Origin: Mytilus californianus | Taxonomy: Eukaryota | Assembly: GCF_021869535.1 (NCBI RefSeq) | Contig: NW_026262679.1 | Span: forward strand, 28,954,001 to 29,018,000 | DNA: 64,000 nucleotides | Direction of reading: 5' to 3' | Shown: one piece after another, positions 12,725 to 24,779 of the stretch | Numbering within the stretch: the stretch's first letter is position 1 | Layout of the letters: every line of letters starts with the position of its first letter | The notes under the pieces: generated by a model | Database searches by the model: none | What the model was told of the DNA's origin: nothing | What the model saw: only the letters and a program-made list of their open reading frames with translations | Made by a program: the position numbers and the translations under genes

Positions 12725-13215
12725 GATTTGTAGTTCGTGTCCAGCTAATAACTATAGCTATTTACATTTTCTCTCCTTCTACCGTAGTTTACTCATATAA
12801 GGCGTCGACTGCTAATTTTGGTCATGTTGACTTAATAGTAGACCTTGTCCTGTTGATAAATTTTGCTGTATACAGTTTCTTTCAATCAACTAAAGTTTCT
12901 GCTCAAAACACAAAAACGAGTAAAAATGTGTCTTTCAAGGCAAATATCTCATGAATCAACAGACGAGTTTGGCCAGGTTGACTGATTTGTAGTTCATGTC
13001 TTGCTGATATTTTTTTTAACGCATTACAGTTTCTCTCCATCCACTATAGTTTACGCAAAAATTACAGAAAATAGTCAAAAATCGTCATTCAAGGGCATTA
13101 CTTCAATAATGAGTCAACTGACAATTTCAGTCAGTTTGCCTTAATAGTAGATCTTGTCCTGCTGGTCATTGTTTCCTTATACAGCTTCTCCCTTCCTACT
13201 TAAGATTTCCGAAAA
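12725..13215. repeat. Degenerate tandem repeat, about 3-4 units of roughly 100-165 bp
   Basis: Recurrent TGATTTGTAGTTC/TAATAGTAGA(C/T)CTTGTCCTG...TACAGTTTCT...TTCAAGG(G)CA blocks. Confidence 0.5.
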
Positions 13216-14028
13216 ATTGAATTTATCTCTTTTATTTTCTGAAATATAACTGATTGAATTCTTTCAAAATATGTGAACATTTGTAAAGAAAGCACATAAA
13301 ATCGTTGAAAAACATTTTTAAATTTTTTTTAAAAATCATCATTTTCCCCTGATTTTTTTTATTTGATTAGGTAGGTAAATCATGTTTTTAAATAGCCCGA
13401 TAGATGGTTATTATAGTACACGAAAATACGTCATATCATCTATTTTCATACCTTGAACAGGTATTCCTACAATGAACAAGGCCAAAACTGATTTTTTGAA
13501 CGCCCCTGAGGTGCATGAAAATATGAATTATCAACTAATAGATATTCAAAATTAGTTTTGTATTAAAAAAACATGTTGCTTCAGTTAGCTTGTTAATGTT
13601 GGTAGGTGATTTGTAGCGTACATTTATTTTATAGCTTTGTTCAACTTAAAACTAACAAAATAATAAAAAAGGGGGTTAAATATAAATACAAAACACATTT
13701 AATAATCTAATCATCTGGTATAAACCAGCTAATCTGAATCAAGATCGGTCTCTGTTTCAATGTCTATACACGCATTTTCAATAAGAGGGTGCATGTGCTG
13801 TCGCCGGGGTGTGTGCGAATTCCTGTATGAGTTTCAGGTTTATATGCTGCATATTTTTGATCCATGTGGACCAACACTCTTTAAATTAAGAAATGTTATC
13901 ACAATTTAACTTGTTTTATTTTAATTTTTGGTAACGGAATCAACAAATTGACATTTTCGTTACTGTCGCCAAATCTAAAATTAGGTGTTGATCACTAAAA
14001 AGTTGCCTCGTTTGTGCATTTCTTTATC

Positions 14029-16945
14029 CCTCACAGTTACACAGTGTTGACGAATTGGTGATATCTTTCAGGAAAAATAACTTTCATGCGCCAATCTCCC
14101 GAAAACGCATGACAGCATACTCCTTAAGGGTTGTCACAAAAAGCAGGTACATGTTCGTTACGCCAACATAAATACGTCGAAATTTTTAACATATATATAT
14201 ATACATGATCAAACTTGAGCTGAAACAGGGTTATAAAATATTGTTGATAAAGTTACTCAAGTCAAGGCAGACATAGTTCTCTGTATTGTAGTTTACGGAT
14301 TCTGGAAATGTCGGAAGGGACGATATTGGATGTAATTAACTTAGTTATGACATGTTCGTTACTGCTAAAAACTTTTCTCAGTTAAAACTCAGTATATTCC
14401 TATCAGCACTGGGTAATTCTTTATGTTATCCTTTCTAGAAAAATACAACGTTTCGATTCGAGAAACTCTAATGGTTTCTTAAATTGAAGGTCTTCAGTAT
14501 ACTTGAAATGTACGTTACTGAAAAATTCGTTACCTAGGATACGAAACAGACTCATGAACGTGATAGCTTTACATAAAAGTATGTGATGCTGGATGACTTG
14601 ACTGCCGCCATATATTTAAAACGACAAAAGTTTCATTCATTTATAAACTTTTGACAGGAGAAGGATCCACATTTATAAGGTACGTTTACATTTTACATTA
14701 TCACGCATTTCTTATAATGGAATACACAACTATTAAATATTATATCACTTGTTTACATAACAACCTAAACAATATGGTCATACATTGTAATTGACATGGA
14801 TGTCTTAAAATGTGTAAATAAATGCATTGTAGTTGTGAAATGTTCGTTATATAGAGTAACGAACTTTTTACAATGTATACACATTGAAATAGTTCTTTAA
14901 CGTTGTCTTAAGACTACCACTATGTCTATTTATCACTTTCCATTTCATAATTGTATGTCAGTTGAATAAATACAAGCACATAACACATTAATAAAAAGTC
15001 CCTCACAGTTACACAGTGTTGACGAATTGGTGATATCTTTCAGTAAAAATAACTTTCATGCGCCAATCTCCCGAAAACGCATGACAGCATACTCCTTAAG
15101 GGTTGTCACAAAAAGCAGGTACATGTTCGTTACGCCAACATAAATACGTCGAAATTTTTAACATATATATATATACATGATCAAACTTGAGCTGAAACAG
15201 GGTTATAAAATATTGTTGATAAAGTTACTCAAGTCAAGGCAGACATAGTTCTCTGTATTGTAGTTTACGGATTCTGGAAATGTCGGAAGGGACGATATTG
15301 GATGTAATTAACTTAGCTATGACATGTTCGTTACTGCTAAAAACTTTTCTCAGTTAAAACTCAGTATATTCCTATCAGCACTGGGTAATTCTTTATGTTA
15401 TCCTTTCTAGAAAAATACAACGTTTCGATTCGAGAAACTCTAATGGTTTCTTAAATTGAAGGTCTTCAGTATACTTGAAATGTACGTTACTGAAAAATTC
15501 GTTACCTAGGATACGAAACAGACTCATGAACGTGATAGCTTTACATAAAAGTATGTGATGCTGGATGACTTGACTGCCGCCATATATTTAAAACGACAAA
15601 AGTTTCATTCATTTATAAACTTTTGACAGGAGAAGGATCCACATTTATAAGGTACGTTTACATTTTACATTATCACGCATTTCTTATAATGGAATACACA
15701 ACTATTAAATATTATATCACTTGTTTACATAACAACCTAAACAATATGGTCATACATTGTAATTGACATGGATGTCTTAAAATGTGTAAATAAATGCATT
15801 GTAGTTGTGAAATGTTCGTTATATAGAGTAACGAACTTTTTACAATGTATACACATTGAAATAGTTCTTTAACGTTGTCTTAAGACTACCACTATGTCTA
15901 TTTATCACTTTCCATTTCATAATTGTATGTCAGTTGAATAAATACAAGCACATAACACATTAATAAAAAGTCCCTCACAGTTACACAGTGTTGACGAATT
16001 GGTGATATCTTTCAGTAAAAATAACTTTCATGCGCCAATCTCCCGAAAACGCATGACAGCATACTCCTTAAGGGTTGTCACAAAAAGCAGGTACATGTTC
16101 GTTACGCCAACATAAATACGTCGAAATTTTTAACATATATATATATACATGATCAAACTTGAGCTGAAACAGGGTTATAAAATATTGTTGATAAAGTTAC
16201 TCAAGTCAAGGCAGACATAGTTCTCTGTATTGTAGTTTACGGATTCTGGAAATGTCGGAAGGGACGATATTGGATGTAATTAACTTAGTTATGACATGTT
16301 CGTTACTGCTAAAAACTTTTCTCAGTTAAAACTCAGTATATTCCTATCAGCACTGGGTAATTCTTTATGTTATCCTTTCTAGAAAAATACAACGTTTCGA
16401 TTCGAGAAACTCTAATGGTTTCTTAAATTGAAGGTCTTCAGTATACTTGAAATGTACGTTACTGAAAAATTCGTTACCTAGGATACGAAACAGACTCATG
16501 AACGTGATAGCTTTACATAAAAGTATGTGATGCTGGATGACTTGACTGCCGCCATATATTTAAAACGACAAAAGTTTCATTCATTTATAAACTTTTGACA
16601 GGAGAAGGATCCACATTTATAAGGTACGTTTACATTTTACATTATCACGCATTTCTTATAATGGAATACACAACTATTAAATATTATATCACTTGTTTAC
16701 ATAACAACCTAAACAATATGGTCATACATTGTAATTGACATGGATGTCTTAAAATGTGTTAATAAATGACATTGTAGTTGTGAAATGTTCGTTATATAGA
16801 GTAACGAACTTTTTACAATGTATACACATTGAAATAGTTCTTTAACGTTGTCTTAAGACTACCACTATGTCTATTTATCACTTTCCATTTCATAATTGTA
16901 TGTCAGTTGAATAAATACAAGCACATAACACATTAATAAAAAGTC
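14029..16945 (+). repeat. Three near-identical direct tandem copies of a 972-bp unit
   Basis: Units 14029-15000, 15001-15972 and 15973-16945 (the last has a 1-bp insertion). Only a few substitutions seen. 2-bp TC microhomology at the junctions. Confidence 0.97.
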
Positions 16946-17234
16946 GAATCCTTGAAGAAATTACTAATGTGATGACAGTACTACATTTCCTTTCGTCACG
17001 TTTTAGTTTTTGCATTCAAAATGTAGAATTCCCACGTATGTAGTGGTAACGTACATTTCTTCTCTAGTAACGAACATTTCAAAATAATTTTTAGCTTATC
17101 TTTTATAAAATTTTGTATCCAAAAATAAATGCTTACTAAAAAAAATATTTATTAAGACTTCAACGACTTTCCGTGGAAGCTTTCGATATATCATTGTACC
17201 CGTATCTAAATACAGTTATCTTTCATTTACAGAA

Positions 17235-19701
17235 ATGGTCAAATCGAGGGCCCAGATTCAGAGAGAATACAGACAGCGCCTGAAAGAAAAAAACAATGAA
17301 GCTTATCTTCAAAAGGAAAGGGAGAAACGGAAACAAAATTATGAACCTAGTAGTCAATTATCTCGAAGAAAGAGGAGACAAAGAAACGAATATAACAGAG
17401 ATTACCTAAAACATTATAGAGCAAGAAAAAAAGAGGTATTAGAATTAATCCATGCCAATAACCAGCAGATTGAACCCTCCACAAGTGGATATGAAAGTGG
17501 AACATCGTCTGTCATTCCTACTGAAAACCGACTACTGGTCCAAATGAGATTCCAGAAGAAAGCCAATGGTCCGAAAATGAGAATAAGCAAAGAATTAACT
17601 AAAATAAAGGCCGAAATGAAAAGTCTACAAGCCAAGCATGAAAATTTAAAGAGGAAGTACAGAACAACTGCGCGCTCTTTGCAACGAGTGAAACGAAAAA
17701 AAGTTGACAAAAACACAAGTACACCAAGATCCAAAACTGAACAGCAACTCGATGAAATGAACTTATCAGCTGAACAGAGAAGCAGTGTCAGAAAAGAACT
17801 ACTTTTTGTTATACAATTTGTAATGAAATTAGATCAGCAGGAGAGGGAACATCGACTCAGGCAAGAATGAGAACTAGGATAGTACGAAACATTGTCTCCG
17901 GCAAAACCATGAAAAAGTACAGGATGATTAAGACACTAGCACAAAGAACAGGACTCAGTAGAAATAAACTAGCAAAAGTAGCAACTAAAGACATCAATAT
18001 CAAAAGGTTATACCGAATCCGAGAGATGGGAAAGCAAAAATACAATGTAACAAGATTTCTAGAGAGGGATGAGAACTCTAGAGTTATGCCAGGAAAGGCA
18101 GACTATGTTAAAACAGATGATAAGAAAGTTCAGAAAAGAATCTTGACAGACTACCTTTCAAACTTGTACCATAAATTTATGATGGAGTATCCCACAGTGA
18201 AGCTGTCATTTACCACCTTTACACGACTTCGTCCAAAGAATATTCTTCTGACATCATTTATAAGAAGGGACACATGTTTATGTACCAAACACCAAAACAT
18301 GTCATTTACATTAAAAGCTGTAAAACGATTAGGTATAGACGTTTCTTTGAATGCAGAAAAAGAAGTTGAAAAGCAACAAGAAATTATACAAGACATGACA
18401 AATACAGAGGCCAGTGATGTGGTATTTAGTCAGTGGAAAAGAGTTCAAGTAGAAGAAAAGGGCAGAACAAAAATGACAATGAAAGTTGTAGACAGCACAG
18501 TTGACAAAAGTGGATTTATAGCTCATGTCGAAAAACAGATGAACGAATTCAAAGATCATGTAACAAGAATACAAACACAATATGCACAAATGAAAGCATT
18601 GAAGATAAATCTACCAAAAAATCATTGCATTGTACATATGGACTTTGCCGAAAACTATCAGTGCAAATCCGTGGAAGAGATCCAGTCTGCCTATTGGAAT
18701 CAGACTAGCGTGACAATACATCCAGTTGTAGTTTACTACAAGGTTGACGGGGATGAGCTGCTCCACAAAAGTATAGTAGTAATCTCAGATGAGATGGGTC
18801 ACAATTCAGCAACTGTACTATCCATCATCGACCAAATTAAACCAGAAATAAAACAGCTTCTTCTGTAGAATGTATCCATTACTGGACGGATAGTCCGACA
18901 TCTCAATATCGCAATAAAGCAATATTCAATGCTATTGCGAATCACAGTCTCGATTACGGCATAAAGGCCAAGTGGAACTATTGGGAGGCCGGTCATGGGA
19001 AAGGCCCATGCGATGGGATTGAAGGCACTAGTAAACGAATGGCAAACGAAGCGGTGCGTACGGGGAAAGTCGCAATACAAGACCCACATGATTTCTACGC
19101 ATGGACACAATCGCAATCGTGTAGTTTAAAGAGCATCAAGTTCATCTTCTTACCTAAAGACCGATGTGAAAATAAAACCAAACTTATTTCCGAACAAAAG
19201 CTCCGTCCAATTCCAGGTACGATGAAATTACACGCTGTAGCAGAAAAGGGCAATGCTGTAGTTGCTGTTCGTAATACAAGTTGTTATTGCGTAACCTGTT
19301 TGTCAGATGAATTTACATGTGAAAATTGGCAGCTGGAAAGAGTTTTGAAGACTGGAACTCAAACGGACGAAACAGCAGAGGCTGCAGATGAAGCCAGGGA
19401 AACTTATCCAGACGTGGAATATAGCAGTGCAGATTATGTGGCTGCTATCTACTTAAATAAATGGTACATCGGTCAAATAAAAACAATCGATATTGAAGAT
19501 AACACCATTGAAATCTCTTTTCTAGAAAAGAAGAAAGCAATGTATCAGTGGCCAAGTAGGTCCGATGTTATTTTGGTTGACCGTAAGGACATTTTGTGCA
19601 AGATTTCAAATCCACAAGCCTCCGGGAAATCGAAAAGAATGCTTAAAGTAAACCCCGATGATGTAGCAAAAATTGAGGAACTTTACAGTAATAACAATTG
19701 A
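17235..19701 (+). pseudogene. Sola-like DDD transposase with two frameshifts (~17810, ~18855) and a C-terminal Tudor-like barrel
   Basis: Joined frames give RDTCLCTKHQN (CxCxxH), HMDFAENY..EIQSAYWNQTSVTIHP, HYWTDSPTSQYRNK and WEAGHGKGPCDGIEGTSKR (three candidate catalytic Asp). The C-terminus is DYVAAIYLNKWYIGQIKTID...ISFLE...YQWPSRSD. A splice acceptor (tttcatttacAG, 17231-32) precedes the ATG. Confidence 0.85.
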
Positions 19702-20654
19702 CGTGAGCAGAAGATAATGAAATTTTGAAATGTTCGTTACTTGTTTAAGTTTATTAAAGTTTACATGTTGTTTCATTGAATTGTCTATAATATACTCTCA
19801 TCACTATCAACTGGAAAGTAAATTTTAACTTTTAGTAGCTATATTTCATTCTGAAATTTACAAGAAAATGCGTTTCTGTATGTTGTCATTACAGTAACGT
19901 ACATTTCGTTTTGGTTGAAACATCGGGAAGTCCTTAATTTGAGATATATATCAAGTTCATATTATAATGTTGCACTTTGTCATCTTTTTCCCACCATTTC
20001 CCAACACTTTCTCTTTCAGAATACAAAAAAAATGTTATTCCATTTTTAACCATTTTTAGAAAATGTTCGTTACTTTCATAAGCCTGCGGTAAATATATGG
20101 TTTTTACAAAATACCGACTTTAAGAACTGATTAACTTTCATATTTTGTATACCATGACAATTTGCAGGATGTTTATAACTTTGTCAACACAAAATGTCCA
20201 TATTATTGACATATTCCGGAATTAAACACAACCCTTTAAATAGTTTTGTCAGGAGTTTTACTCTGTCAAAAGATATGCATTTTTGATTTAGTGAGAAAAG
20301 AGTGAAATAGTTTAGCAGTAAGTAATTGTTGCAACGGGAAAGTCATTTACAGCACATGTTAAACGATCAAACCCATCATTCAAACGAGGATATCTGTAAA
20401 GTGAAAACACTTGAATATCTATTGGAGTACCTTCAGCGTAACGGACATTTTAAACTAGTTTTAGGACAATATTTTAGCCTGTAGTTGGCGAATCGTGAAT
20501 CGAAAACCCTTTGTTATTTGTTCAAATGCTCTTATATCGAGCAAGACAACATATCAAGGAAACAAAATCAGCATGGATTGTTGGGTTTGCTTTCCATCAA
20601 ATTTTCGATAGTAAAATATCGCTAATGCACCCCCTTATTGAAAATGCGTGTATA

Positions 20655-21427
20655 CTGGCATCTTTAAATGCAGCGGAATATCTGTTTGTTTTGGTTTTAT
20701 ATATTCTGTATGTCTGGCATTTCCCATGTACCACAATATCGTAGCTACATGGGCATAGCATCCCATAGTTCGGGCTCCCGCCTTACACTCACAAAACCAA
20801 CCGTTAACAATAAACAAGTCTAGTCTCTTTTTCTTTGCATGAGATACCATACCACGTAACCTGTCAAGAAGCCTAATAATATCGGACGCATTTAACTGGG
20901 ATGTTGTTTTCCTCAATCTGGATGTATCTATCTCTGTCCCGATTTTTAAGGTTTTACCGTCTATATGAACCGGACAACATCTTACACCAGTTGGTACTAG
21001 AACACCTTGTGTTACAAACACATGTAATATGGCCTTTTCTGGCATCGTAACAAATGGACCCTTTGTTGTGATACAGATGCTACACTTTCTTGATGTTTTA
21101 CCTACAGTCACGATTGGTAGTGTAATTGATTTGTTCTGTGGTGTTGTTTTATTTTCTGATGACTAAGGTACTGGTACAGGGACGGTGGTAACAATGTCAG
21201 TACTAGTATCTACACACTTGGTGGATTGGCGATAATTAAAATTGCTGTCTACATTTGTTACATATAATACCATTTTCAAAAACGTTCTTCTTCAAGGTTT
21301 CGAAAAATTGTTTTTGTTGTTTTGAAATTTTTCTCCTATGGCCTTTTTTCGTTATGTGTATATTAGACACACAACATTTGGGCTTCATTGCTATATAATC
21401 AATTCTCGTGTTATTGGTTATGTACAA
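20655..21427 (-). pseudogene. Internally deleted transposase-like gene: N-terminal Cys-rich domains fused to a C-terminal SWIM zinc finger; its tail lies at 13729-13764, beyond the Sola-like insertion
   Basis: MKPKCCVSNIH...ICNKC, then CSIC...VPTGVRCCPVH, joined directly to GWFCECKAGARTMGCYAHVATILWY (SWIM-like CxCx(n)CxH). No DDE core between them. The PHIS/DDE_Tnp_4-family origin is inferred from memory of this domain architecture. Confidence 0.65.
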
Positions 21428-21684
21428 GCACCTACTTCAGTTTGACGGCAATTGTTCCTTGTATATATATATATAATAAATGTAAACACAGGAATAGGGA
21501 GTAAGTCAAGAGTATGGATAGTAATAGGAACGCACACAATAAGCAACACATTATTTTTTTTCTTTAATGAAATGATATATAATAGTCAAAATGATCCATA
21601 ATTACTCTATGAATTAAACAAACAGCCGAAAAAATATGATAGAAACATTACAATTTAATATTTCAACCACAAAAAATGCAAAAA

Positions 21685-21765
21685 TCTGCACGAGATTTGA
21701 ACCCCTTCTTACAAGCAGACTATCATTCACAGTTCTATGCGCTACCGATGGAGCCACAGCGACTC
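21685..21765 (-). other. tRNA-derived Pol III promoter-like cassette (box A + box B); not a canonical tRNA
   Basis: The minus strand reads TGGCTCCATCGG (21756-21745) ... GGTTCAAATC (21703-21694), followed by T-runs. I could not fold a full cloverleaf. Confidence 0.5.
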
Positions 21766-22206
21766 TTGAAATCAGTTTTGTTATTAAGCTTCTATATAGG
21801 TACAATTTAGTGATGTTCCATTTTTTTTTTATTAAAAAAGTTGTTTTATAGGTATTAAGGACACACTAAACCAATTTCATTTTTGAGGAAAAAAGTTACA
21901 TAAATTACAACAACAACAAAAAACATAACTTTGTTTTGGTTTGAAATGTCCTTCTCGGGGGATTCCCTGTTTATCCCACCTAAAAACACGGTAAATTCCG
22001 CATATTTGACTTTAATCTTTTGTGGGGCGTTAGATTAACTATTTTTCTGACATATCATAATAAATTAAAATCGAGATATTGATCAAAAAAAAGTTTTATT
22101 TCTTGTTTTTTATCGTAAATTTTATTCTTTCAGCACTTTTTGAAATTGGCCCTTATGTGAAAAAAAATCAGGGGAAATTGGCCCTACCTCTTTCCAATTT
22201 GTAATA

Positions 22207-22502
22207 CATATCTTGTTAGTACAAAAATTTCCGTTTTTATGATGTAAAATAATAATAGGGTCACTTCGTTTGTACTGTATACACCATTCAAAGTGGTGTA
22301 CTAGGGGAAAAATACCAAAAAAACTTCGAAATATTTAAAATAAATCGTAACGTTATCGCGTTGTAGGCCGTTTAACGTCGATTGTTTTACGTTTTTTACT
22401 ACCAACAAGGTAACAGATTGGTAAATACACAAAAAATGAAGTCGGTGACCATATGATTATTTCATATTATTAAAACGGAAATTTTTGTACCAACAACATA
22501 TG
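22207..22502. repeat. MITE-like foldback with ~70-bp imperfect inverted arms
   Basis: CATATCTTGTTAGTACAAAAATTTCCGTTTT...GGGTCAC versus the reverse complement of ~22445-22502. Confidence 0.6.
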
Positions 22503-24032
22503 TTTTTTTAAGAAAAATGTAAATATTAAAAATTTACCTTAAGAACAGGAGGTAAATTTAACATTTTCAATATGTAGAAGCTATGTAATTACCCACACAA
22601 ACAAGTCAAATACTAAGAATGAGCAAAGAGTAGAAAACTCATTTGTCAGTTCTCAAAGAACTTGTCAAGATTCATAATTATTAAAATGATAGGTCAACTT
22701 TAACATACGATCATGATTTTTTTAGCTACATGATACACAATTAAACAATAAAAATCAGCTCAATATTTGTTAGATACAATTAGTTGTCATTTGAACTACC
22801 ATGATGTTTCTATATGTTTAAATGGCTTAACTTTGAATCATGACAATGTATGCGAATAAAAAGAGATTATGTGGGGTATACGTTAATGAGACAACAGACC
22901 AGCGACACGAAAAAGCAATAAAACATCTAGAGTTCAACATACAATTTTCGTCAGAAGACAAGTTACCGTTTATACAAAATTTCCCGATCACTAAAGTCCA
23001 GAATGTTAAATGACTAAAAAAAACATTTATGACTATAAAAGGGCAAACTCTGACAAGGTTCCTGTTTCGGGGGAAAGGGCATGCGTGATTGAGGTCAGTG
23101 TTGTGTTAAATTGACCGAATAGTTTCAGATGGGGTAGAAGAGAATTTTGATTTAAAAATAAATAACGGTGACAGAAGACACACGAACATATCTGAAATGG
23201 TGACATTAACCCTTCTGACCATGTTCGTTAAAATTGGCCAAAATAAAACCCAAACCTTTTTATACACTATTACGATTTAACGTTATGCATCGACTACTTT
23301 CAATTTGAAATGTCAAACGACAAAAACGAATGAACGTCGAAACGAATAGAACAAAAAAAAAAAAAAAAAAATTAAGTAGAGCTTAAGTGTATGGTCTGCA
23401 AAAATATCTTCATAAATGTCAAGACAAGATTGGTTCAGATATCTTATTTCCGCTCATTTATATAAAAACCGATATGAGAACGAACAATAATAATCCGTAT
23501 TTTACAAGTGAACAACAAAATGCGAAAAGGAATAAATTTTATAAACGGGAAATGATTTATAGAAACAGTACTGATGATTAATTAACTCAAGTTATAGCAC
23601 CTGCTACGGATAAATTGTCGTCGAAGGACGGTCAGGTTGTCGACCTACACGTTTTATGTGAAGAAAACATCTTTTAAAAAAGAAAAGAAGAGAAAACAAT
23701 AAGCGGACCTAAAAAAACAAAAAGAGAAACGTTGACGAATCAGAAAACAATGTGAGCAAAGAAGAACTGGCTAAACTAAGTGCCGGAAATAAAACTCTGC
23801 ATACATTAAGTGCTGGAAATGGCTCTCTAATTAAGATACCAAAGGCAAAGCTGAAAAAAAAAACACAAAAAGAACAGAATGGTGCTTCACCTGAAAGATT
23901 CTTAAATGAAGAAGAAGACAAAATCGTGCAGTTTTCTGAAGACGATGCTTTAACAAACACTATGATGTTAATAAAAACAATAATCATTTGGGCGTAGGGC
24001 GATGCTTAACTCCGACTAGAGTTAAATATAAA

Positions 24033-24400
24033 AAAGAAGATGTGGTATGAGTGCCAATGAGACAACTATCCATCCAAGTAACAATGTGTAAAAAGTAAAC
24101 AATTATAGGTCAAACATGGTACGGCCTTCAACACGGAGCCTTGGCTCACACCGAACAGCAAGCTATAAAGGGCCCCCAAAAAGACTAGTGTAAAACAATT
24201 CAAACAGGAAAACCAACGGTCTAATCTATGTAAAAAACGAGAAACGAGAAACACTTATGAACCACACCAACAAACGACAACGACTGAACAACAGGCTCCT
24301 GACTTAGGAAAGGTGCATAAAAATGAAGCGGGTTTAAACATTTTAACGGGCGCCAACCTTCACCCTAACCTGAAACAGTGGTATAACATTACAACATAAA
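24033..24400 (+). repeat. High-copy dispersed repeat, family A (AAGAAGATGTGGTATGA..GCCAATGAGACAAC)
   Basis: Other copies or fragments at ~8870-8955(-), 28570-28615(+), 41335-41620(-), 42850-43035(-), 43860-43900(-), 55560-55730(-) and 59583-59790(+). Confidence 0.85.
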
Positions 24401-24779
24401 AAGACACACAATAAAATATCAATTGAAATAGGTTAACTCGATCAAAATGACAATACACAAAAACAAGTAAATATACACTGAACAAATGAGTTTGATCTAT
24501 GACACAATATAAATAAAAAAAGATGTTTCAATGTCAAAAAGACAACTTTACCTAGGACAAAGTGGCGTTAAATAAAGTAACGTACACAGGTAAATTTTAA
24601 TATAATAATTTTGTTGTTAGAAGTACAGAAACATTTTTTACAAAATACATTTGTTATTCTTAGTACGAGTACAGAAGTGAATTTTTTTTTTCGTCATACT
24701 AAATACTTGTCAAAGATGGTACATATTAAAAATAGTAAGGCGAGATATAACGCAAAATAAGTAAACATTGAATAACAGA

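Larger units (their letters stand above)
13769..20650 (+). mobile_element. Full-length DNA transposon with a Sola-like (Sola2-type) DDD transposase; ~4.9 kb without the internal triplication
   Basis: 26-bp TIR CACGCATTTTCAATAAG(A/G)GGGTGCAT at 13769-13794 and 20625-20650 (1 mismatch), flanked by TATA on both sides (13765-68, 20651-54). Many GTAACG(A/T/G)ACATTT subterminal motifs occur in both orientations. Superfamily assignment is from remembered motifs. Confidence 0.85.

Noticed and set aside
13343-22170. 18-bp inverted match TTTCCCCTGATTTTTTTT (~13343-60 vs ~22150-67) as the TIR of the SWIM-bearing host element
   Set aside because: Low complexity, does not extend, and no TSD was found; the boundaries are left undefined.
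23620-23997. Lys-rich ORF 23752..23997 as a host exon
   Set aside because: Low complexity, no recognisable domain, no convincing splice sites.
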